Below are positions 35,629 to 44,520 of a stretch of DNA of 53,478 nt, piece after piece (the first letter of the stretch is position 1; each line of letters opens with the position of its first letter). Position numbers and translations under genes: made by a program. Below the pieces are notes generated by a model, which ran no database searches, was not told the DNA's origin, and saw only the letters and a list, made by a program, of their open reading frames with translations. Origin of the DNA: Ignavibacteriales bacterium (GTDB lineage Bacteria; Bacteroidota; Ignavibacteria; UBA10030); contig JANOGR010000043.1 of NCBI GenBank assembly GCA_031406095.1, forward strand, positions 1 through 53,478, read 5' to 3'.

Positions 35629-38508
35629 ATGGAAGCCGCCAACACAAAGCAGGCTGAACTCTTGTTTCCTTCTCTGGCGAAAGCCCTCCAGGGTGAACTC
35701 GACCAGCTCAAGAAAACCCGGAGCGAGATTATTCTCTTCGGTGGAGAGTACGTCGGCTCCTTCGCCGGCTATTTCTACTACCGGTTCGAAATCCCGGAAG
35801 ACCTTTACCTGCGAGGCGTCGAACGCGCAGCGTTTGTGCTCGGTTCGGCTGAACCTGTTTCCTTCGACGGACGGCTCGTTTCGCACGAAAACCAGTATCT
35901 CACCATTGCTCTTCCCGTCGATTGCGGTCCACTGCTGCCCGAGGTCAAGTGCTCATGGAACCATGAAGACCATGTGAAGCCTGTCATTGATATTCTTACT
36001 GCGTCCGACACAGCGGCATCACTCGCCGGACTTTTATTCCAACCAGGCCCTGCGAACAATGCGGTTTTCAAGCCCGTCCCCCCGCTGACCCAGAAGGATC
36101 ACTCAGACGAGCGGACCGATGCGCTGCAAAAAATTTTATCGAACCGCGTCACACTCTTGTGGGGACCGGTGCAATCCGGAAAACGGCGCATCCTCAGCCT
36201 CGCCGCTGCAAGCTGGATGAATGCAGGCAAAAAGGTTTTGTATCTCTCCAGCTCAAACGAATATGTGGACGAGGCCCTCATTAAAACGGCCGAAGTGTGC
36301 AAGCAGTTCGGAATCGACGCAACGATGATTGCAAGGGTCGGACTCCCTCTGAATCAGCATGCCGATGCGCTTGGACCCGTCTCGTTTGAGCAGGCCGTGG
36401 ACGCAGCCAAAGCGGAGAAGCGAAAGACCTTCCAGGAACGTGCTTCGCTTCTGGATCAGTACTGGCGGATCAAGGTCAAACATGCTCTCCATGAGAGTTA
36501 TACGAGAACCATCGCTGACGCCCGGGAGAAGTTGACCACGGTCAAGAAACAGCTCGACCAGGTGACCAAAGAAATCGCGGCCGCGAAAGAAATCATCCAG
36601 CAGATCGAGAAAGCCTCCATGATGGACCGTTTGAAGAAAGGGTTCAACAAGGACGACCTCGCGGCGGGACAAAAACAGCTTGCAGAAAAGCAACAGGTTC
36701 AAAAAAGGCTGACGACGGTCCAGCAATCGTTGTCGAACGAGATTCTGAGGCTCGAATCAAACGGCCCTATCAGCTATGAGGACGGCAAGAACTTCAGGGG
36801 GGCAACCAAGCGCATCGAGGAGCTTGGCGGGATCCAGAAAGTGACCGAGACGGTGAACGATTTCATCAAGGTGGATGAAGCTGGAATGCTGAAGTCCAAA
36901 TCGTTCATCGGAACGACTGCTGCAACAGCGCTCTCCCACCCCATCCTCAAGTCCATGAAATTCGACTTCGTGATCGTGGATGATGCGGAGGCCATCATGC
37001 TTCCCCTGCTTGCTGCGGTCGCAACCTTCGCCAAAGACTCGATCGTTGTTTCGGGCGACCCGTTCCAGCTGGCCCTCGAACCGCTTTCCAACACTGACCT
37101 CGCCCTCCAGTTCCTGCACCGGGATATTTTTCTGTACACGGCCCGGTCCGAGGACTTGCACCGGTTATTCGAGTGGGCCGAGAAAAACCCTCAATGGTCT
37201 GTCCTGCTGTCATCGCAATTTGCGACCACTCCGAAACTCGCTTCATTCGTGGCTGCTGTGCTGTTCGACGACAAGGTGAAAGTGCAGCCCGCTCCTCAAA
37301 CGAAAGGCAAAGTATATTTTATCGACACTTCCGATTTGCGGTCCCAGTGCCGGCAATATGTCGGGAAAAAGAAAATCCTCCCGAGCAATGACCAGCAGAC
37401 GAAGAAGGCCCTGGAATGCGTCAAGCATGCATTGATGGAGCCGAATCGCCATGCGAGCGACGTTGGAGTGATTGTTCCGTTCAGCGGTCCAACGTTTTTT
37501 ACGAGGCTCCAGCTGCGGGTCAATAGCATGAGTAATATAGAGGTTGGCTTACCCGGGACTTTCCGGGGAAGGAGAAAGAAAGCCGTCATTTTTGACACGA
37601 GCGTCGCGGGCATGGATTTCTCCATGCGTCCGATGGACGACCGTAAAGTGGGCGATAACAGGATTGCGCGACTCTGGAACACTGTCTTTTCCTGCGCGGC
37701 GGAGGACATCTACATCCTTGCCGACATGTCGCTGTTCAAAACGCTCTATAAGGACCGCCTGTTCGCCAGGATCCTGATGCTGTTGCAGGCACAGTCGGAC
37801 GGGCTACCTCCACTGGCCGCCGCCGTCAAGAAATTCGACGAGCTCGAGTGGGATAAACGGGCTTCTCTCTTCTCTGTGGCCCGGAAAGGAGCTTCGGCGA
37901 GCGCTGCATCTCCCTCACAAGCGCAACCGAAGCGGGTCGACCATGATATGGAAATGAGAATGAAGATGATGTCAAAGCAACAGGTGGGAACGAAGCCTCA
38001 GGCGGCAGAGCGGAACTTCGAGCGCGAGATCTACACAGCTGTCAACCGGGTGCGGGGCTTCTGGACCGATGTCAACCTGCTTTCACAATACCTGGGAGGC
38101 GATCTTTTGTTCCGGCGCTCCATCACAGCCGAGCAATACGCCCAGAGTCTGCCCGTCCAGCAATGTCAGAGTGAAAAAGACTTCCGCGCGATCATGGAAA
38201 AGTGGAATTTGTTGATCTACGAGATGTCTGGCGGTGTGAAAACAGACCTCGTCTACTTCTCGAAAGGGTCCTCAGAGGCGCGCATACGACATGACATCAG
38301 AAACTTGAAAATTTTTTATTCCTCGGATATGGAGGCCACGATCGAGGCGGGAAAAAACAAGATTGCCATGGAAGTGTCGAAGGTGTTTCAGGAAATGCTC
38401 GGCAAACCTCAACCCGGCAACCCGGTGGAATGGTCGACGGCCTACGTGAATTTCCTCTCCAAACTCGAGTTGTATCTTTCCTGGATTTCAGCCCAGCTTC
38501 GGAAGTGA
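35629..38508 (+). CDS. large Upf1-like SF1 helicase-family protein with degenerate motifs and a coiled-coil insertion
   Basis: 959 aa from ATG 35629. Motifs: LLWGPVQSGKR (Walker A-like), FDFVIVDDAEA (motif II-like), VVSGDPFQL (motif III), PGTFRGRRKKAVIFDTS (motif V-like). A K/E/Q-rich heptad-like insert of about 170 aa lies between motifs I and II. Confidence 0.7.
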   Translation: MEAANTKQAELLFPSLAKALQGELDQLKKTRSEIILFGGEYVGSFAGYFYYRFEIPEDLYLRGVERAAFVLGSAEPVSFDGRLVSHENQYLTIALPVDCGPLLPEVKCSWNHEDHVKPVIDILTASDTAASLAGLLFQPGPANNAVFKPVPPLTQKDHSDERTDALQKILSNRVTLLWGPVQSGKRRILSLAAASWMNAGKKVLYLSSSNEYVDEALIKTAEVCKQFGIDATMIARVGLPLNQHADALGPVSFEQAVDAAKAEKRKTFQERASLLDQYWRIKVKHALHESYTRTIADAREKLTTVKKQLDQVTKEIAAAKEIIQQIEKASMMDRLKKGFNKDDLAAGQKQLAEKQQVQKRLTTVQQSLSNEILRLESNGPISYEDGKNFRGATKRIEELGGIQKVTETVNDFIKVDEAGMLKSKSFIGTTAATALSHPILKSMKFDFVIVDDAEAIMLPLLAAVATFAKDSIVVSGDPFQLALEPLSNTDLALQFLHRDIFLYTARSEDLHRLFEWAEKNPQWSVLLSSQFATTPKLASFVAAVLFDDKVKVQPAPQTKGKVYFIDTSDLRSQCRQYVGKKKILPSNDQQTKKALECVKHALMEPNRHASDVGVIVPFSGPTFFTRLQLRVNSMSNIEVGLPGTFRGRRKKAVIFDTSVAGMDFSMRPMDDRKVGDNRIARLWNTVFSCAAEDIYILADMSLFKTLYKDRLFARILMLLQAQSDGLPPLAAAVKKFDELEWDKRASLFSVARKGASASAASPSQAQPKRVDHDMEMRMKMMSKQQVGTKPQAAERNFEREIYTAVNRVRGFWTDVNLLSQYLGGDLLFRRSITAEQYAQSLPVQQCQSEKDFRAIMEKWNLLIYEMSGGVKTDLVYFSKGSSEARIRHDIRNLKIFYSSDMEATIEAGKNKIAMEVSKVFQEMLGKPQPGNPVEWSTAYVNFLSKLELYLSWISAQLRK

Positions 38509-38605
38509 GGGTTAAAACCCGTCCTGTTTTTTTTATCTTAGGTGCCACGACTTGAAAGTCGTGGCAAAAGCTAGCTAGTCGCGGCAAAGGGGTGGAAACC
38601 ACAAC

Positions 38606-38645
38606 TCAGATCTATCCCCGACCTTTAGGTCGGGGATAGATCTGA
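38606..38645. repeat. 18-bp-stem perfect palindromic hairpin (REP-like)
   Basis: TCAGATCTATCCCCGACC-TTTA-GGTCGGGGATAGATCTGA. It has no properly placed U-tract for either convergent gene. A second hairpin, GCCACGACT-TGAA-AGTCGTGGC, is at 38544-38565. Confidence 0.7.
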
Positions 38646-38698
38646 AAAAAGTAACGGGCTTCAGCCCCTAAAACCCAAAGTGAGTTGCTGAGTTTCCG

Positions 38699-39403
38699 TT
38701 AAACCTTCTCTTCTTCTTTTCTCCAGCGCCTCTGCAATATGTGACCCACGACTCCGATCACTGTCAGGATCATTAAAGCCGTCACAGTCTGCCAGTTCAA
38801 CGCTTCCCGAATGCTTGACGCCCCCACGCTTCCCTCGATGGCTGTTGAATACAAGAATGCCTTGATCCCAATGCCAATGATGGTTGCGACAATAAACTTC
38901 GCGAAGGGAATTCGCAACAGCCCTGCGCCGTAGTTGATGAACATGTGGGGAGAGCTCGGAAAAACCCTGATGGCGAACAACGCTGAAAATGTGGAGTGTG
39001 TTCCGAGGAATTTCGTGACACGAGAATTGTTGAACCGTTGGAACCATGGAGAACCGCCGTACCGGGCGGCCATGTATCCCATCGTACTGCCCGCGACGCT
39101 TCCCGCGCAAATGATACCCGTCGAGGCCAGCGGGGGAAACAACAGCGGCGTGACGAAAAAGAACACCGAAGCCGGAAGTGCAAACGTCCACGCGCCGGTC
39201 ATCGCCACGATGATCAGAAGTGCCGCAAGAGGATGTGAACCGAGTTCTCTTAGGTTCTCCCGCGTCACCAGTTCCCTCAGACCGCTGTTCATGAACACGA
39301 TGAAAGCGACCGCAAGAATCGCGATCACCGCGAACGATTGCAAGCGCGCTTTTCGTTGGTCTTTTCCTTCAAGTTCTTTTTCCTGGTCACTCATCATACC
39401 CAT
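38699..39403 (-). CDS. TVP38/TMEM64 (DedA-related) family membrane protein
   Basis: Internal ATG at 39403 (MGMMSDQEKE...). It is polytopic, with VFPSSPHMFINYGAGL and AGSVAGSTMGY blocks typical of the family. Confidence 0.75.
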   Translation of the reverse strand: MGMMSDQEKELEGKDQRKARLQSFAVIAILAVAFIVFMNSGLRELVTRENLRELGSHPLAALLIIVAMTGAWTFALPASVFFFVTPLLFPPLASTGIICAGSVAGSTMGYMAARYGGSPWFQRFNNSRVTKFLGTHSTFSALFAIRVFPSSPHMFINYGAGLLRIPFAKFIVATIIGIGIKAFLYSTAIEGSVGASSIREALNWQTVTALMILTVIGVVGHILQRRWRKEEEKV

Positions 39404-39522
39404 GAAAAGAATTATGGTAAAAAATGTGTGAGAATTCAAGAGATTGAGGCACGTCAAATCTCGTTTCTTGAACGCCAGACCAAATTGGGGTATATTGACA
39501 CGAAGAACGAAGGAGAATACGT

Positions 39523-40848
39523 TTGAGTTTCTTTGAATCACTTGGTGAGATACTGCTTGTTCTATTCTTCGTGTTCCTGAACGGATTTTTCGTCGCTGCA
39601 GAATTTGCGATCGTAAAAGTGCGGGGCACCCAGATTGAACCTCTTATCGCAAAAGGAAACCGGCGGGCGAAGCTCGCGAACGAGCTCATTACCCACCTGG
39701 ACGCTTATCTTGCGGCCACACAGTTTGGAATCACCATCGCCAGCCTGGCTCTTGGCTGGCTCGGCGAGCCTTTTGTCGCTTCGATGGTTCGACCCGTTTT
39801 CGAAGACCTCAACATCCGCGATCAGCGCGTGGTGGAGGGTATTTCCTTCGGCATAGCGTTTTCAATCATCACCTTTCTGCACATTATTTTCGGCGAGCTG
39901 GTACCGAAGTCGCTGGCAATTCAAAGGGCGCAAAGCATAACCCTCTGGATTGCATATCCTCTCAGATGGTTTTACCTGCTTTTTAGGCCAATTATTAGCC
40001 TCCTGAACGGGCTCGCGAATGCGATTCTGCGGCTGGTTGGCATCCAGCCCGTCTCCGAAGGCGAACTGATGCATTCGGAAGAAGAATTGAGGCTCCTGCT
40101 TACCCAAGACAAACGAGTTTCCCTGGCCAGTAGGAATATTGTGCTGAATGCCATGGACTTGCGGAGGAAACAAGCCCGTCACGTGATGATACCCCGGAAA
40201 GAGATAGCGGCCATCGCTTATGACGCTCCGGTGAAGGAAGCGGTCGAGATGATGCGCTCCAACAAGTATTCCCGTTACCCGGTATACAAGGAGTCCCTCG
40301 ACAACATTGTCGGAATCGTGCACACGAAGGACGTGTTCAAACCCGAGCGGCATCTGAAGCCCGATTTCAAGATTGATTCTGTCCTTCGCGACGCCACATT
40401 CCTGCCTGAAACCGTGTCGCTCGAGAAAGTCCTGGAAATTATACTCCAAAAAAAGACCCATATGGTGCTGCTCGCCGATGAATTTGGAGGAACGGCAGGT
40501 CTCATCACGCTGGAAAACGTCCTGGAAGAGCTCGTGGGGGACATTCAGGATGAGCATGACAAGGAACTGCCCGAGATCACAAAGATCAACGAGGATGAAT
40601 ATGTTGTCGATGCAAGCATCACGACCAACGATGTCGAACGATTGCTCAATCAGGAACTTTCACAAAAGGACATTTTATCCATCGGGGCTTTCATTATTGA
40701 ACAGCTCGGCCACATTCCTCAAAAAGGCGAGTCTTTACGTGTCGACGGCACGGAGTTCACCGTTGAAAAAGTCAGCAACCATGTCGTCGACACCATCCGT
40801 ATCAAACGGATCCCCCTGGCGCCGACGCCGGAAGAGGATTCACGATAA
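39523..40848 (+). CDS. CNNM/DUF21-CBS-CorC_HlyC family transporter (hemolysin family protein)
   Basis: 441 aa. Has an N-terminal DUF21 (NGFFVAAEFAIVKVR), a CBS pair and a C-terminal CorC/HlyC domain. Confidence 0.85.
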   Translation: MSFFESLGEILLVLFFVFLNGFFVAAEFAIVKVRGTQIEPLIAKGNRRAKLANELITHLDAYLAATQFGITIASLALGWLGEPFVASMVRPVFEDLNIRDQRVVEGISFGIAFSIITFLHIIFGELVPKSLAIQRAQSITLWIAYPLRWFYLLFRPIISLLNGLANAILRLVGIQPVSEGELMHSEEELRLLLTQDKRVSLASRNIVLNAMDLRRKQARHVMIPRKEIAAIAYDAPVKEAVEMMRSNKYSRYPVYKESLDNIVGIVHTKDVFKPERHLKPDFKIDSVLRDATFLPETVSLEKVLEIILQKKTHMVLLADEFGGTAGLITLENVLEELVGDIQDEHDKELPEITKINEDEYVVDASITTNDVERLLNQELSQKDILSIGAFIIEQLGHIPQKGESLRVDGTEFTVEKVSNHVVDTIRIKRIPLAPTPEEDSR

Positions 40849-40875
40849 CGTCAGTTCTTTCCGAGGAACCGAACC

Positions 40876-41400
40876 ATGCAAGAAACAAATGAACAATACG
40901 TCGCCCGCATTTCGGGATACGTCGAGGGGCAAAACCACTTCAAAGTGTTCCAATCGACCGTCGGCAAACTTCAGCGTTTGTTGAAACGTGTTCCAGCTTC
41001 TCGCCTGAAAAAGCAATCCGCACCGGACAAATGGTCGGTTACAGAAATTCTTGGCCACCTGGCCGAAAGTGAAATCGTCTTCGGCTACCGTATGCGTATG
41101 ATTCTTGGGTCGAAAGGGACTCCCATCCAGGCTTTCGACCAGAACAAGTGGCATGCGAACGCCGGTTACCTTGAGCGCAACCCGAAAATGGCGTTCGAAT
41201 TGTTTCGAATCGTCCGGGAAAGCAATGTGGCGCTACTCAAGTCGCTGACGAAAGAACAATGGGATTTCCATGGGAATCATCAAGAGCGCGGACACGAGAC
41301 AATCGCCCGAATGGTGGAATTGTACGCAGGACATGATGTGAATCATGTGAAGCAAATCGAAGGAATTCTACATGCCACACGTTCGAAAAAAGGAAGCTGA
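40876..41400 (+). CDS. DinB family protein
   Basis: 174 aa. Contains WSVTEILGHLAESE and ...YAGHDVNHVKQI histidine motifs of the DinB_2 four-helix bundle. Confidence 0.7.
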   Translation: MQETNEQYVARISGYVEGQNHFKVFQSTVGKLQRLLKRVPASRLKKQSAPDKWSVTEILGHLAESEIVFGYRMRMILGSKGTPIQAFDQNKWHANAGYLERNPKMAFELFRIVRESNVALLKSLTKEQWDFHGNHQERGHETIARMVELYAGHDVNHVKQIEGILHATRSKKGS

Positions 41401-41800
41401 GCGAGACTATTCGCACCGAGCACTGATTGACAAACTCGGCGTGAAGGACGGTTCCAGGGTTTCAATTCTCGGCGTCGACGATATCGAATTCCTGGCTCAG
41501 TTGAGAAGTCGGACTTCGAACATTGTTGTCGGCAAAACACAGAAAGACTCTGATTTCATTTTTTATGGTGCCGACAGCCTGACACAGTTGAAAAAACTGA
41601 AGAGCCTGAAGTCCTTCTTGAAACAAAACGGAGGAATCTGGGTTGTATCTCTGAAGGGCAAACTTGCTCAAATTCGTGACATCGACGTGATCGAAGCCGC
41701 AAAGAGCGCCGGACTTGTCGATAACAAAGTTGTCGGATTTTCCGAAACGCACACCTCGCTCAAACTCGTTATTCCACTCGCAAAGCGGAAACAGCTATGA
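41372..41800 (+). CDS. DUF3052-like protein
   Basis: 142 aa. LIDKLGVKDGSRVSILG resembles the DUF3052 N-terminus. 29-nt overlap with the DinB gene. Confidence 0.5.
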   Translation: MPHVRKKEAERDYSHRALIDKLGVKDGSRVSILGVDDIEFLAQLRSRTSNIVVGKTQKDSDFIFYGADSLTQLKKLKSLKSFLKQNGGIWVVSLKGKLAQIRDIDVIEAAKSAGLVDNKVVGFSETHTSLKLVIPLAKRKQL

Positions 41801-41843
41801 AACGAGCGACCGTCGGGCCGAGGGGAGAACAGAAGGAGGAACC

Positions 41844-42626
41844 ATGAAAACCGTATTCATTCTTTTCGCGTGGATCGCTTGTGTGGGTTGCTCACGACAA
41901 GTTCAACCCTGGTCGGGCAAGGTCATAGACCTTTCCTACTCGTTTGACGACAGCACGATTTACTGGCCGACGGAAAAAGGATTCGTGTTCGAGAAAGGTT
42001 CGGAAGGCGTCACGCCCGCGGGCTTCTTTTACACGGCGAACAGGTTCTGGACCCCCGAGCATGGCGGGACACACATCGACGCTCCAATTCATTTTTACAA
42101 GGACCGGAATACGGTCGATCAAATCCCCGTAGACCGGCTCATTGGAAACGGGATTGTCGTGGATGTCTCTGCGAAGTGTGCGTCGAATCGTGACTACCTG
42201 ATTCAGGTGGATGATTTCCTTGCATGGGAAAAAAAGAACGGACAGATACCGGAGGGATGCCTGGTGTTTCTGCGGACGGGGTTCGGCAAATTCTGGCCCG
42301 ACCGCGTTCAATACATGGGTACGGACGAGCGTGGCGATGCGGCCGTGAAGAAACTGCATTTTCCCGGACTCCATCCAGACGCCGCAAAGTGGATCACCGA
42401 GAATCGCAAGGTCAAGGCAATAGGACTCGACACGCCCAGTATCGATTACGGCCAGTCGTCGCGGTTCGAGAGCCATGTCGCTCTTTTTGAAAATAACGTA
42501 CCGGCCTTTGAGAACGTGGCCAATCTGGACCAGCTTCCTGAACAAGGGTTCACGGTGATTGCCTTGCCGATGAAGATCAAGGGCGGGAGCGGCGGGCCGG
42601 TGAGGATTGTTGCGGTTTTGAACTAG
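41844..42626 (+). CDS. cyclase-family protein (kynurenine formamidase-like) with lipoprotein signal
   Basis: Internal ATG 41844 follows AGGAGGA. Has the lipobox ACVGC and the metal motif EHGGTHIDAPIHF. Confidence 0.8.
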   Translation: MKTVFILFAWIACVGCSRQVQPWSGKVIDLSYSFDDSTIYWPTEKGFVFEKGSEGVTPAGFFYTANRFWTPEHGGTHIDAPIHFYKDRNTVDQIPVDRLIGNGIVVDVSAKCASNRDYLIQVDDFLAWEKKNGQIPEGCLVFLRTGFGKFWPDRVQYMGTDERGDAAVKKLHFPGLHPDAAKWITENRKVKAIGLDTPSIDYGQSSRFESHVALFENNVPAFENVANLDQLPEQGFTVIALPMKIKGGSGGPVRIVAVLN

Positions 42627-42731
42627 CAAACTCTTTCCCAAAACCGATAACCAGTTTCCAGAACTGCTAATCATACCTGATAGTCTGATTTCGGATTCCG
42701 CATAGAAACGTGATGCCTACCATTCCGGCAC

Positions 42732-42746
42732 TGGCACGGGGTTTGC
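42732..42746 (+). promoter_or_regulatory. candidate sigma54 (-24/-12) promoter
   Basis: TGGCAC-GGGGT-TTGC is an exact consensus match, 71 nt upstream of ATG 42817. Confidence 0.5.
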
Positions 42747-42816
42747 CCACTCCATAAGGCTCGGTTGTCTAACTCATACTTCTGTCTGCTTATTTTTTCA
42801 CGAAAGGGAACCAACC

Positions 42817-43326
42817 ATGAAAACGCTTCGAAGCAGTTCGGTCCTGACGTTGTTGGCATTCAGCTGTTTCTTCATCCTCGGTGCCGGCCGCATCGGAGGA
42901 AATGGAGAGCAGTACCACGCGGCGCTGGCTTTGGAATTTACCCATGCGGCGGACCATGCCAAAGCGCTCTACAATCAGACTCTTACTGGATCAAATATGG
43001 ATAAAAATGTGGCCAAGACGCATTTTGAGGAAATGGGGCAATGTCTGGAACGTGCAAGAACTCTTCACGCCATGGTCCACAAATCCTACACGCCTGCTCA
43101 GGAAAAGGAAATCTCCAAAGATCATGAGGCGTTCTTGAATGCCCATACCATCGCCCTGGACACATTCAAGGATCTCAAAGTTGTCTTTGAGAAAGACCGT
43201 CTTGATGTAGAGAAAGTCAAATCGCTTTCAGCAAAGATCTTCGTTGAAACATACAAAGCCGTTGTGATTCACAAAGAGGTGCTGAAGAAACTCGGTATTC
43301 CCGAAGCCCAGACGCCCGTGTCATAA
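42817..43326 (+). CDS. secreted, histidine-enriched helical protein of unknown function
   Basis: 169 aa. Has a signal peptide, 9 His, and looks predominantly helical by eye. A strong terminator follows. Confidence 0.6.
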   Translation: MKTLRSSSVLTLLAFSCFFILGAGRIGGNGEQYHAALALEFTHAADHAKALYNQTLTGSNMDKNVAKTHFEEMGQCLERARTLHAMVHKSYTPAQEKEISKDHEAFLNAHTIALDTFKDLKVVFEKDRLDVEKVKSLSAKIFVETYKAVVIHKEVLKKLGIPEAQTPVS

Positions 43327-43343
43327 GCGCACGCGTTTTCATT

Positions 43344-43376
43344 GGCCGTCTCAAAAAACTGAGACGGCCTTTTTAT
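43344..43376 (+). terminator. intrinsic terminator
   Basis: GGCCGTCTC-AAAAAACT-GAGACGGCC followed by TTTTTATTT. Confidence 0.8.
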
Positions 43377-43560
43377 TTCTCATTCTGCTTCACGTCAAAA
43401 ACAGGAACAATCCGGGTGCTTTTCACGTCTAAGGCCTCTGTTCGTCAATCAGTCTTGCTTCTTTTTTTTCTTTTTGATAATATGGTTTCGCTTTTTGATG
43501 CCGCGCGGACGATGAATTAATAAAGTCGGCGTCACCCTTCAAGCAACAACATCACTGACA

Positions 43561-44520
43561 ATGGCAATAACGGTTCGAAATCTGACGAAATTCTACGGCC
43601 AGGAAAAGGCCGTTGACGACATCTCGTTCGACGTGAAGACGGGAGAGATTCTCGGCTTCCTCGGTCCCAACGGAGCGGGCAAGACGACGACGATGAAAAT
43701 CATTACGTGCTACATGCCGCCATCATCGGGAACTGTGGACGTGGAGGGCTACGACATCGCCGAACATTCACTCGAAGTGCGCCGGAAAATCGGATATCTG
43801 CCCGAGCTGAACCCGTTGTATCTCGACATGAACGTCGTCGAGTACCTTGATTACTCGGCGCGGCTTCACGGCGCCGGCAACGGAGTGCTCAGAGGCCGGC
43901 TCCGGGAAATGGTGGAAGTGTGCGGGCTTGCGGACGTTCGCCATAAAGACATCGGCGAGCTTTCTAAGGGCTACCGGCAGCGGGTGGGGTTGGCTCAGGC
44001 CATGATTCACGACCCCGATGTCTTGATTCTCGACGAACCGACGAGCGGACTCGACCCGAACCAGATCGTCGAGATTCGAAACCTCATCAAGAAACTCGGA
44101 CGGGCGAAAACCGTCATCCTCTCCACGCATATTCTTTCGGAAGTCCAGGCAACTTGCGACCGGGTGATTATCATCAACGATGGGAAAATTGTCGCCGACG
44201 GCACGCCACAACGGCTCCAGGAGGAATTCCGGGGAACAGAAATCGTTTCCGTGGAATTGAAAGCAAACGTCGCCAACGTGATGACCGACGTGTTCCCGAA
44301 AGTCAAAGGACTGCCGAACGTCGAATCTGTTGAATACAAAGGCCAGGAAGGCTCGTCTCATCGTTTTGTTGTGCACACGCATAAAGGCAGCGACATCCGA
44401 GAACAGCTGTTCAAACAGGCGGTGGCCGAGGGGTGGGTGCTGATGGAAATGACGCGAAAATCGACGAGCCTCGAAGAAATCTTCCACAAGCTCACGACAT
44501 CGGAACCGGCGAAGCCATGA
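43561..44520 (+). CDS. ABC transporter ATP-binding protein (GldA-like)
   Basis: 319 aa. Contains Walker A GPNGAGKTT, signature LSKGYRQR and Walker B ILILDEP. Confidence 0.9.
   Translation: MAITVRNLTKFYGQEKAVDDISFDVKTGEILGFLGPNGAGKTTTMKIITCYMPPSSGTVDVEGYDIAEHSLEVRRKIGYLPELNPLYLDMNVVEYLDYSARLHGAGNGVLRGRLREMVEVCGLADVRHKDIGELSKGYRQRVGLAQAMIHDPDVLILDEPTSGLDPNQIVEIRNLIKKLGRAKTVILSTHILSEVQATCDRVIIINDGKIVADGTPQRLQEEFRGTEIVSVELKANVANVMTDVFPKVKGLPNVESVEYKGQEGSSHRFVVHTHKGSDIREQLFKQAVAEGWVLMEMTRKSTSLEEIFHKLTTSEPAKP

Noticed and set aside
43389-43429. Direct repeat of TTCACGTC spaced 33 nt apart upstream of the ABC operon, considered as a regulator binding site
   Set aside because: An 8-mer recurring within about 40 nt is expected dozens of times by chance in a window this size, and nothing else supports it.
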